A stretch of DNA of 33,709 bases from an uncultured Candidatus Saccharibacteria bacterium (lineage in GTDB: Bacteria > Patescibacteriota > Kazan-3B-28), in contig CAYGIK010000003.1 of the NCBI GenBank assembly GCA_964350005.1, positions 1-33,709 on the forward strand, in the 5' to 3' direction. Both the position numbers and the translations under genes were made by a program. The notes under the pieces were generated by a model that worked only from the letters and a program-made list of their open reading frames with translations, was not told where the DNA came from and made no database searches. Numbering within the stretch: the first letter of the stretch is position 1; the number at the start of each line of letters is the position of its first letter. Below, in pieces: positions 17,001 to 24,244 of this stretch.

Positions 17001-17616
17001 CGGTGGTTGCAACTAAGGGGATATTCAATTCTTGAGATAACGCAATCATTGCATCATTCACCACCTGTTGCTCCGGAATATTTGGATGGCTTTGCAGTTC
17101 CAGATAAAAATCATCACCAAATACTCTTTTGTGCCACAACGCCAAAGTTTTGGCCTTATCCAAATTGTTAGCAATAATCGCTTGTGGTATCTCCCCCTTC
17201 AAACATCCTGACATCGCCACCAATCCTCCGGAATATTTTTCTAATGTTTCATGATCTACTCGTGGCTTATAGTAAAACCCTCGTAGATGTGCTTCGGTCG
17301 TGAGCTTCATCAAATTTCGATATCCCTCCAAATCCTTAGCAAGCAGAGTAAGATGAAAATAATTCCGTTCACCGCGATTGGTTTCACGATCTGCCATTTT
17401 CCCCGCCGTCACATAAACTTCGTTTCCGACAATCGGTTTGATGCCGGCCGCATTACATTCTTTATAAAATTCAATGGCGCCATACATAACTCCGTGGTCG
17501 GTCAAAGCAACCGCCTCTCCTCCTTGTTCAGCCACTCGCTTTACCAAATCTGGTATTTTTGTCAGACCATCAAGTAAGCTGTAATGACTGTGCAAATGCA
17601 GATGCACAAACTTCAC
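14098..17616 (-). CDS. dnaE: DNA polymerase III alpha subunit
   Basis: PHP motif FVHLHLHSHYSLLDG, polymerase core (PDIDLDF, GLLKMDFLGL), C-terminal OB region. I prefer the GTG at 17616 (GGGAGG 6 nt upstream) over the ORF-track TTG at 17637. Confidence 0.93.
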   Translation of the reverse strand: MKFVHLHLHSHYSLLDGLTKIPDLVKRVAEQGGEAVALTDHGVMYGAIEFYKECNAAGIKPIVGNEVYVTAGKMADRETNRGERNYFHLTLLAKDLEGYRNLMKLTTEAHLRGFYYKPRVDHETLEKYSGGLVAMSGCLKGEIPQAIIANNLDKAKTLALWHKRVFGDDFYLELQSHPNIPEQQVVNDAMIALSQELNIPLVATTDSHYLDIDDAEAQDVLLCVQTATRLADTNRMSMMNEHYHVSEPAEIIEAFKHVPEAIENTVKIAEKCNLEIPMGKLVFPNFVPPDGKTIDDYFTEQVEAGLKVKFGDSVPADVRERMDYEISVIAQMGYKGYMLTVADFVNWAKDQGIVVGPGRGSAAGSMVSYILRITEVNPLEHGLLFERFLNPERVSMPDIDLDFADDRRAEVIEYVRQKYGNDKVAQIVTFGTMASRAAVRDVGRVLGMPYNEVDRIAKLIPPPQQGKFTSLKQHVESVQELKVIYEGSEVAKRLLDLSMKLEGTIRHASTHAAGVVIGDMDLTNYTPIQYSPSDDKILVTQYSMYPLESIGLLKMDFLGLKNLTIIKNALRIIRKIHGREIDLSKLPFDDKKTFVLLAAINTAGVFQLEGDGMRRYLKDLKPTVFGDIAAMIALYRPGPIELIPDFIARKHGHKKIEYLHPKLEPILKDTYGIAVYQEQVLQIARDLCGFTLGEADVLRRAIGKKNVKLLNEQKEKFIAGGIANGVRADIAEQLFHFVEPFALYGFNRAHAVSYAVISYWTAYLKAHFPNAFMAALMTSDQQDLERIAKDIAECEHMKIRVLPPSVNKSFTGFAVVKETGDIVFGLNAIKNVGQKVSDMIVDERQKNGAYQDLADFIKRAGREAINRKTMESLILTGALDDFGDRKTLFNNIDSILNFSTEHQRQANSNQMGMFGVAEKAARQTIQLTQAEEATDQEKLAWEKEYLGTFVSRHPLKEIMPRLSGIVKSTTSFSGADDGRTAKVAGIVTRVQKVFTKNGDAMLFVTLEDLGGTIEAIVFPRVLDNNRSIWERDKVILVSGKVTVKEKTENQGESIVVLTEPKILVSEAYEVNNAYLKQLEEAAAMTRRAESPVKFIQSVVQRFEYTADGMLIKLPKTFTNTRLAMLKQTLEKYPGEFKVMLEVFSNGRWRKVATNTRAVKSADLERELNQILK

Positions 17617-17719
17617 TTCCCACCTCCCTAAGCTCAAGAAGTTATTATTACGGTACCCCTAATTCTATCACCTTAACTAAGCGCCCTGAATATTTGAATC
17701 CAAACAACCCAAGAAGTAA

Positions 17720-18373
17720 CTATCGCCCTCTACGCCTACCCCAAAAGGTCATCCCCAGCAACACCGAAGCAACCAGAGCTACTCCCAACGCTATCAGCAG
17801 AATTGAGCTACCCAGCACAAAATGGGCAAACCCTACTATTAGTCCAGTTAGCCATCTGCCTAGATCGGTCTCTGCCAAAAACCAAACCAGTACAACAAAA
17901 ATAAATATTCCCGCCAAAAACCCCGCCAAAAACCGCGGATGAGTTCCCCAAAAATAATTCAATCCCGAGAACCATCTATCTAACCAGCTCCGACTCTCCC
18001 AGTCCCTCCCAATCATATCCAAAATTGCCTGCAAAAACGCTCCGCTGGCTTTGCTGGCATCGCTCTTAGTTACTCGGTGCCCAATTTTCCCCCAAATATG
18101 CTGATAGACCTTTTCGGCCGCTAGCACTGCCCGAACATCGCGAAATAGTTCACCTGCATTACGAATTTGCTCTTCCACCGTTTCACCGAAACTAACTTCC
18201 CCCAAAACTTGATGAAAAATTTTAAATGATTCCACCACTGCCATTGCCCAAGCAGAATCTTCTTTAGATACCAACAACTGCTCCACCCTCTTCCACTCCG
18301 CTTCAATAGAAATTGAATCTTTAGCGTTTGGATGTAATTCGTCCATAATCTCCCTCGTCATCCCGCCATACAT
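17720..18373 (-). CDS. hypothetical membrane protein: ~140-aa helical N-domain plus 2-3 C-terminal TM helices
   Basis: ORF in operon-like spacing between leuS and dnaE, with hydrophobic C-terminal segments. I recognise no family. Confidence 0.5.
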   Translation of the reverse strand: MYGGMTREIMDELHPNAKDSISIEAEWKRVEQLLVSKEDSAWAMAVVESFKIFHQVLGEVSFGETVEEQIRNAGELFRDVRAVLAAEKVYQHIWGKIGHRVTKSDASKASGAFLQAILDMIGRDWESRSWLDRWFSGLNYFWGTHPRFLAGFLAGIFIFVVLVWFLAETDLGRWLTGLIVGFAHFVLGSSILLIALGVALVASVLLGMTFWGRRRGR

Positions 18374-18393
18374 CAGTGATAGCGGAATCCTGA

Positions 18394-20832
18394 TTAAATA
18401 AAATTAATAATCCTATCCTTCACAAAAATATGATTAGAGCTAGCAACAGCAATCGCCGCCAACTTTTCATTTTTATTAACTTCCATCTTTACTCCCTTTT
18501 CGTCTGTACCGGCCGGCACTTCCACCGTCCCACGCAATTTTCCTTTTTCCTGCACTGCAATGGTAACTATTTTTGCTTGAGTTTTAGCCACATCAAACTC
18601 CGGCCACTTGGCGTTTGCTACGCTCCCTTTCTGTTTCAGTACCACTTGCCACAATTCTTCCGCCAAGTGCGGTGCAAATGGATTTAGAAGTTTTACAAAA
18701 TCCATCAACCAGTTGTTACTATCGTCCCTAGCGACCTCATTTGTAAACTCCATAAACGAACTGACCGCCGTATTAAATTTCATCGTTCCAATATCCTCGG
18801 TCACTTTTTTTATCAATCCGTGAATACTATCATTTTGCTTCCCTTTTCCGCCCGCCCGCTCACTAACAATCCGATACACTCGGTCCAAAAACTTCCGCAC
18901 CCCCACCACTCCGTTGGTATCCCAGGCAATGGACTGATCAAACGGTCCCATAAACATTTCATACATCCTTACTGTATCGGCACCATATTTTTCAATTAAA
19001 TCATCAGGGTTAATCACATTCTCTCTGGATTTACTCATTTTTTCACCATCGCTCCCCAACACTAATCCCTGATGACGCAATTTTAAAAATGGCTCATCAA
19101 AATCCAAATAACCAAGCTTATGTAAAACTTTGGTAATAAATCTTGCATACAACAAATGCCCATTGGTGTGCTCCGCCCCGCCGATATACAAATCGACCGG
19201 CATCCAATATTTCAAAGATTTCTTGCCCGCAAACTCTTTCTTATTATGCGGGTCGCAGTAGCGTAAAAAATACCACGACGAACAAACAAAAGTGTCCATC
19301 GTATCCAGTTCCCTATGCGCACCCTTGCCGTATTTTTCTTCCACCCCCGCCTGAAAAGTTTTTGATTTAGCTAATGGCGATTCACCCGTTGGTTTGAAAT
19401 CAACATCGTCGGGCAACAAAACCGGCAAATCTCTTTCATCCACCGACATCACTTCCTCATTGAACATTGGAGATTGGACATTGGACATTATCCCAATTGT
19501 CTTATAGACAATTGGGATCGGAGCTCCCCAATACCGTTGACGAGAAATCAACCAATCGTGCAATTTATATTGAACAGCTATTTCCCCTCCAAACTTTTTC
19601 GCCATCTTTGGTCCAGCCATTTTAGAATCTTGTCCATCAAACTCACCCGAATTCATCAATTCGCCGTGACCAGTATAGGGTTGCTCATCATCCCTACTGT
19701 CGCTTACCTGCTTACCTGCTAACCCGCTAACCTGCTTAATCACTTGCACCACTGGCAATTTAAACTCTTTAGCAAAATCAAAATCTCGCTCATCATGTGC
19801 CGGCACCGCCATAATCGCACCCGTACCGTAATCGGTCAGAACATAATCGGCTATCCAAATCGGAATTTCTTTTTTAGTCGCCGGGTTAATAGCCGTCAAC
19901 CCCTTAATGCAGACCCCGCTTTTATCTTTCTGGGTCTGACGAATTAATGTACTTTTACGCCTAGCTTGTTCAATGTAGCCCTCCACCTCCGCTAGATTCT
20001 GGATACTAGATGCTAGATGCTGAATTAGTTCATGCTCCGGCGCCAATACTAAATAAGTCGCCCCGAACAAAGTGTCGGGCCTAGTCGTAAACACCTCAAT
20101 TTGCTGATTTGCTGATTTGCTGATTTTAAATTGAATCCTCGCTCCCTCCGAACGCCCAATCCAATTCCGTTGCCCCGTCTTTGTGGATTCAGGCCAATCG
20201 ATTTTATCCAGTCCCGCCAAAAGCTCCTCGGCAAAATCAGTAATCTTGAAAAACCACTGCTTCAGTTTTTTCTGCTCCACTTGTGTACCACACCGATCGC
20301 AACAACCATTCACCGCCTGCTCATTGGCAAGTACAGTTTGGTCTTTTGGACACCAGTTCGCATACGCTTCTTTTTGGTAAGCCAGCCCGTTGTCATACAA
20401 AACTTTAAAAACCCATTGAGTCCATTTGTAATAATACGGGTCAGCGGTATTTACCTCCCTGTCCCAATCATAGGCAAACCCAAATGACTTTACTTGCCGA
20501 GTAAAGTTCACAATATTTTCCGCAGTAGTTTTACTTGGGCGTACTCCTTTTTTGATAGCATAGTTTTCCGCTGGAAGTCCAAAGGCATCCCACCCAATCG
20601 GTCGCATCACATTGTATCCCTTCATCCGAAAGTATCTGGCAAAAATATCCGTTGCCGTATAACTTCTAGGATGTCCTGTGTGCAATCCGTCTCCTGACGG
20701 ATAGGCAAACATATCCAAAGCGTAATACTTCGCTTTTTTGTCCCCATCAATCGCCTTAAAAATCTGGTTGTCAGCCCAGTATTTTTGCCATTTCGGCTCA
20801 ATCAGCTTGTGATTGTATTTTTCTTCTGCCAC
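18394..20832 (-). CDS. leuS: leucine--tRNA ligase
   Basis: HTGHPRSYT (HIGH variant), CP1 editing-domain motifs (TTRPDTLFGATYLVLAPEH), KMSKS. The GTG at 20832 gives a canonical N-terminus (AEEKYNHKLIEPKWQKYW). The ORF-track TTG at 20877 is the alternative. Confidence 0.92.
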   Translation of the reverse strand: MAEEKYNHKLIEPKWQKYWADNQIFKAIDGDKKAKYYALDMFAYPSGDGLHTGHPRSYTATDIFARYFRMKGYNVMRPIGWDAFGLPAENYAIKKGVRPSKTTAENIVNFTRQVKSFGFAYDWDREVNTADPYYYKWTQWVFKVLYDNGLAYQKEAYANWCPKDQTVLANEQAVNGCCDRCGTQVEQKKLKQWFFKITDFAEELLAGLDKIDWPESTKTGQRNWIGRSEGARIQFKISKSANQQIEVFTTRPDTLFGATYLVLAPEHELIQHLASSIQNLAEVEGYIEQARRKSTLIRQTQKDKSGVCIKGLTAINPATKKEIPIWIADYVLTDYGTGAIMAVPAHDERDFDFAKEFKLPVVQVIKQVSGLAGKQVSDSRDDEQPYTGHGELMNSGEFDGQDSKMAGPKMAKKFGGEIAVQYKLHDWLISRQRYWGAPIPIVYKTIGIMSNVQSPMFNEEVMSVDERDLPVLLPDDVDFKPTGESPLAKSKTFQAGVEEKYGKGAHRELDTMDTFVCSSWYFLRYCDPHNKKEFAGKKSLKYWMPVDLYIGGAEHTNGHLLYARFITKVLHKLGYLDFDEPFLKLRHQGLVLGSDGEKMSKSRENVINPDDLIEKYGADTVRMYEMFMGPFDQSIAWDTNGVVGVRKFLDRVYRIVSERAGGKGKQNDSIHGLIKKVTEDIGTMKFNTAVSSFMEFTNEVARDDSNNWLMDFVKLLNPFAPHLAEELWQVVLKQKGSVANAKWPEFDVAKTQAKIVTIAVQEKGKLRGTVEVPAGTDEKGVKMEVNKNEKLAAIAVASSNHIFVKDRIINFI
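19702..19741. repeat. five tandem octamers inside leuS
   Basis: GCTTACCT GCTTACCT GCTAACCC GCTAACCT GCTTAATC. On the minus strand this encodes KQVSGLAGKQVS. Confidence 0.75.
19992..20026. repeat. five tandem heptamers inside leuS
   Basis: CTAGATT CTGGATA CTAGATG CTAGATG CTGAATT. Same word family and orientation as the intergenic array at 22433-22467. Confidence 0.75.
20101..20124. repeat. three perfect tandem octamers TTGCTGAT inside leuS
   Basis: TTGCTGAT x3. On the minus strand this encodes KISKSANQQI in the variable loop before TTRPDT. Confidence 0.8.
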
Positions 20833-20962
20833 GGGTATATCATAACAAAAACCCGCTCCGAGTCGCCTGCTGACCAATTTCGCTGTTCCAGTTAATAAAT
20901 TGGGGTATAATGCAGATGAAATTATATTTTTGGAATTTATATTTATTAATTAACTCAAAGTA

Positions 20963-22069
20963 ATGAAAAAAAGAAAAGCCTCTCGCAAGAAACAAAAACG
21001 ACTGGTTATTCCCGGTTGGCTATTTGTAGTTGCTGCCATCATAGTTATCAGCTTACTTGGTTCGTATATCGTAAAAAACGATACTTTTGGCACAGAAGCT
21101 TCTACTATTACCAACAATATGCTGGAATCAGTTGAAGTAAGCCCAATTAATGTTCAACTATCAGAAGGGCAAAGTACTTGGTTCAATGCTATAGCGAAGG
21201 GTGTTTCTGCATCTAGTGTAGTAACTTACAAGTGGGTCAATGATGACACGGGTAGTAGTGCAGGAGTCAAAACTACTCTTAGCTCCAATTCATCTAATCA
21301 AATTCGCCTCACCGTGGTAACCGCCCCCGACAAAGGAGGATGGAGTCTCCTAACGGTAACTGCCAGTTCGGGTAATATAAGTAAAACCTACGGAACCGTC
21401 ATTGGTATTACCCCAGCTCGTCAAATTTCTTCTGTCCAAATCAGCCCAGCTGCCAATTATACCAAAATTGACCTGAGAAAATCCTTACACATAAGCGCGA
21501 ATGCGTATGATACCAATAAGAATGTTTTAAACAATGGGGTCAACTACAAATGGAGAATTCATAATATCACCGCCAGTGGCTACACTACAGTAGATCCAAA
21601 CAAGGAATCATCTATAAAGGTTACATCTACCAGCACCGGTCCTTACGGCGGATACTTTATTGTTTTTGTTGACGCCATCCATAAAGGAGTTACCAAAACA
21701 ACTGGAATATATGTAGTAGTCAATCCCCAATCAACAACTTTATCGAGTGTTGTAGTGGCCCCCAAAATGGGTACTTATTTTTCTGGGAAACTCTACGAAT
21801 TCACAGCCAAAGCCCTTGATGCATCTAATTCTCAAATTAAAGAAGGGGTATCTTTCAGCTGGGTAATTCCCAGTGCCCCCAAATGGTTACTAGAATGGAG
21901 TATCGTCGAACAAGTAGTTTTGCAAGATGGCACCGGCCTAGCCAAGATTAAATTTGCTCTCCCGCCAAACAGCCCCGTCTGGTCTGGAGTAATCTATGCC
22001 AAGGCTATTGACGCCAATGGCGTTACCAAGCAAGACCATGCCATCGTCAACCTAGTCAAAAGTAGCTAG
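20963..22069 (+). CDS. membrane-anchored surface protein with three Big_2-like (bacterial Ig-like group 2) repeats
   Basis: Lys-rich N-terminus plus one TM helix. Three repeats start LESVEVSPINVQL, ISSVQISPAANYT and LSSVVVAPKMGTY, each followed by A.D....I patterns. Confidence 0.6.
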   Translation: MKKRKASRKKQKRLVIPGWLFVVAAIIVISLLGSYIVKNDTFGTEASTITNNMLESVEVSPINVQLSEGQSTWFNAIAKGVSASSVVTYKWVNDDTGSSAGVKTTLSSNSSNQIRLTVVTAPDKGGWSLLTVTASSGNISKTYGTVIGITPARQISSVQISPAANYTKIDLRKSLHISANAYDTNKNVLNNGVNYKWRIHNITASGYTTVDPNKESSIKVTSTSTGPYGGYFIVFVDAIHKGVTKTTGIYVVVNPQSTTLSSVVVAPKMGTYFSGKLYEFTAKALDASNSQIKEGVSFSWVIPSAPKWLLEWSIVEQVVLQDGTGLAKIKFALPPNSPVWSGVIYAKAIDANGVTKQDHAIVNLVKSS

Positions 22070-22095
22070 TTGAATAATTGATTTCCAAAATTAAC

Positions 22096-22125
22096 AAAAT
22101 TGCCTCACAAGGGCAATTTTGTTTT
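22096..22125 (+). terminator. intrinsic terminator of the Big_2 protein gene
   Basis: AAAATTGCC-TCACAAG-GGCAATTTT followed by GTTTT. Confidence 0.7.
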
Positions 22126-22260
22126 GCCCATGCTTCGCTCTCCGAGCTATGCAGGGCAGTCTTCGCTTTTATTTTTATATTGTTCATTACCCAGACTTAG
22201 CCACTTTAGTGGAAAATAAGATGGCGTAAGCCAGGCGAAGCTACTAAAGGTAGCGAAGAC

Positions 22261-22336
22261 TGGTGGACCGTACCGGATTCGAACCGGTGACCTCCTCGAT
22301 GCCATCGAGGCGCTCTACCAACTGAGCCAACGGCCC
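22261..22336 (-). tRNA. tRNA-Ala (anticodon GGC), CCA encoded
   Basis: Minus strand: GGGCCGT TG GCTC AGTTGGT AGAGC G CCTCG ATGGCAT CGAGG AGGTC ACCGG TTCGAAT CCGGT ACGGTCC A CCA. Full cloverleaf with the G3:U70 Ala identity pair. Confidence 0.93.
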
Positions 22337-22350
22337 ACGCATTTTAAATT

Positions 22351-22396
22351 CTCTACCAATCCCGAAGGGACCCCTTTGGGGCTGAGCCAACGGCCC
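22351..22396 (-). pseudogene. partial second copy of the tRNA-Ala 5' end (positions 1-24) interrupted by a 22-nt insert
   Basis: GGGCCGTTGGCTCAG (22396->22382), then CCCCAAAGGGGTCCCTTCGGGA (22381->22360), then TTGGTAGAG (22359->22351). No anticodon or T arm follows. Confidence 0.8.
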
Positions 22397-22406
22397 CTGC
22401 TGTCCG

Positions 22407-22415
22407 AATATAACA
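22407..22415 (-). promoter_or_regulatory. extended -10 element TGTTATATT upstream of the tRNA-Ala locus
   Basis: Minus strand TGTTATATT ends about 10 nt before the upstream partial tRNA copy. There is no clear -35. Confidence 0.4.
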
Positions 22416-22432
22416 ATTCCCGCCCCCAGACG

Positions 22433-22467
22433 CTAGATACTAAATACTAGATACTGGATACTGATTC
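22433..22467. repeat. five tandem heptamers CT(A/G)(A/G)ATA
   Basis: CTAGATA CTAAATA CTAGATA CTGGATA CTGATTC, running into the stop codon of the DUF4870-like gene. Confidence 0.75.
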
Positions 22468-22907
22468 TAAACTTCAATCTTCTTGGCAATCTTACCTAAC
22501 ACCGGCATTTCCCACCGCTTGTTGCGGAAGATAAAGTAAATCCCAATTACGCTTAGTCCCACAAACAATATCCAAGCCACCGCCCCCAAAATCGCCACAA
22601 GTCCCAAACTATTGCTTGGCATCAATGCCACCACAAAAGATTCCAGCATAAACAATAGGAACCAGACGACTACCTCTGCACCAAACAGCACCATCCCCTG
22701 CCGAGCATGGAAATAAACATCATCTTGGTCGTGACGCAAAATCAGCGGAATAATAAACATTATCGAAACATACGACAATGCCGCGAAAACTTTGTCTTCA
22801 CTGCTTAGATGTCTGCTACGGGTCGTTTTCAACATTTCCGACACGGTCGTTGAATGACTCTCCCCAGCAACATCTTCCTGCTCTCTGATTGGTTCTTGCT
22901 CTTCCAT
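22467..22907 (-). CDS. DUF4870-like small integral membrane protein
   Basis: FAALSYVSIMFIIPLILRHDQDDVYFHARQGMVLF motif. Three to four TM helices after an acidic N-terminus. Confidence 0.6.
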   Translation of the reverse strand: MEEQEPIREQEDVAGESHSTTVSEMLKTTRSRHLSSEDKVFAALSYVSIMFIIPLILRHDQDDVYFHARQGMVLFGAEVVVWFLLFMLESFVVALMPSNSLGLVAILGAVAWILFVGLSVIGIYFIFRNKRWEMPVLGKIAKKIEV

Positions 22908-22918
22908 AAGATTAAAAA

Positions 22919-24244
22919 TTACTTCCGTCGCTCCAATAATACCCTAGATTGTAAAATAATCAACGCCAGAGCCAAAAAGAACAACAATCTCCCCTGCTGA
23001 AAAGATACCGCCCAATGATCCACTATCCCCGCTCCCAAAACACCAACTAGCGGTACCCCCAGCCACCAATTCATCCTGTTTTGCCTAACAAGTTTGAACC
23101 ACAACCACCCAATAACAGTCACCATCCATAACCAAATCGCCAATCCTACCGCTCCCGTTTCCGCCGTTATTAATAAATAAATGTCGTGAATCGGTTTATA
23201 TGTCCAAACCAGTTGGTCTGGTTTCAGCCGTATTAGTGCTTGAGTATAGTTGCCCGTCCCCACCCCCGCAAACTCACGACCACCAATAACTTGCTCCCAG
23301 TTCGCCACACTCTCCACTCTGTCCTCTACTGATTTTTGTTCCAACTTCGATTCAGTTGAAAATCTTCCCATCACATTTGACCATTGCCACCCCACAGCTA
23401 TCCCTGCTCCAAAAAGTAAAACCGCAAATGGCAGCCAAATAAACCTATCTCGTTTTTTCCATATCGCTACCAAAACAATCACCAACATTATCACTAAAGC
23501 AATCGCCCAGCTCGTTCGCGAAAAAGACAACGCCAACGCTATTCCCATCAACCCCGCAATTACCAGCAACCAATGTCTTTGTTTCCAAACTACCCCACAA
23601 TACAACTGCATCAACAGAACAAGAGAAAATACCAGTAGTCCACCCAACATATTCGGATGCGGCAGCAATCCCTGCGCTCTAATTTGCCGATGCGCCTCAT
23701 CTCCCACCACCGCCACCCCACCTTGATTTGGCCCCAATGGCGACTCACCCAAAATCTGCATTCCCAAATCGTGATTGCCAACAAACTGCGCTATCCCCCA
23801 AACTGCCTGAAGTGCAACTCCCCAAACAAACGGCCAAAATATCTGCCGTAAATCTTTCACATTATTAAATAAATAAAGAAGCCACCCGAACATCAGCCAA
23901 TAATGAACCGCCTGTTGCAAACTATTCTGCCAGTCCAATCCATACCAACTAGAAACCGTTATCCAGACGAGCCAAAGGACTATTGGTTGCCAAATCCATT
24001 TAACCGGCATCTGTATTTTCGATCGACGCAAAATCCAAAGAATCAGCAAAACAATAATCAAAAAGTCAGTGGCATACAGATGAATCGAAGAATATTCAAA
24101 ATAATTCCCCCCGTAATTCGCAAAATAAAATGTGTGTCTCAGTTGCCACGGGAGCATAAAAATCGAGAGCCACAAAACCCCCTGCTCAAACCTCTTCAGC
24201 CAAGAACTCTTCCACCACTGCTTTGAGATGATATCGTTTGTCAT
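22919..24244 (-). CDS. O-antigen ligase / Wzy-like polytopic membrane protein
   Basis: About 11 TM helices, with a periplasmic loop carrying the SFSRTSW motif typical of the O-antigen ligase family. ATG at 24244 (ORF-track TTG at 24250). Confidence 0.7.
   Translation of the reverse strand: MTNDIISKQWWKSSWLKRFEQGVLWLSIFMLPWQLRHTFYFANYGGNYFEYSSIHLYATDFLIIVLLILWILRRSKIQMPVKWIWQPIVLWLVWITVSSWYGLDWQNSLQQAVHYWLMFGWLLYLFNNVKDLRQIFWPFVWGVALQAVWGIAQFVGNHDLGMQILGESPLGPNQGGVAVVGDEAHRQIRAQGLLPHPNMLGGLLVFSLVLLMQLYCGVVWKQRHWLLVIAGLMGIALALSFSRTSWAIALVIMLVIVLVAIWKKRDRFIWLPFAVLLFGAGIAVGWQWSNVMGRFSTESKLEQKSVEDRVESVANWEQVIGGREFAGVGTGNYTQALIRLKPDQLVWTYKPIHDIYLLITAETGAVGLAIWLWMVTVIGWLWFKLVRQNRMNWWLGVPLVGVLGAGIVDHWAVSFQQGRLLFFLALALIILQSRVLLERRK

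Noticed and set aside
22126-22466. Integrated mobile element or prophage at the tRNA-Ala gene.
   Set aside because: The duplicated tRNA segment lies only 60 nt from the gene and covers the 5' rather than the usual 3' part. No integrase, transposase or phage-like genes occur anywhere in the window. At most it is a scar.
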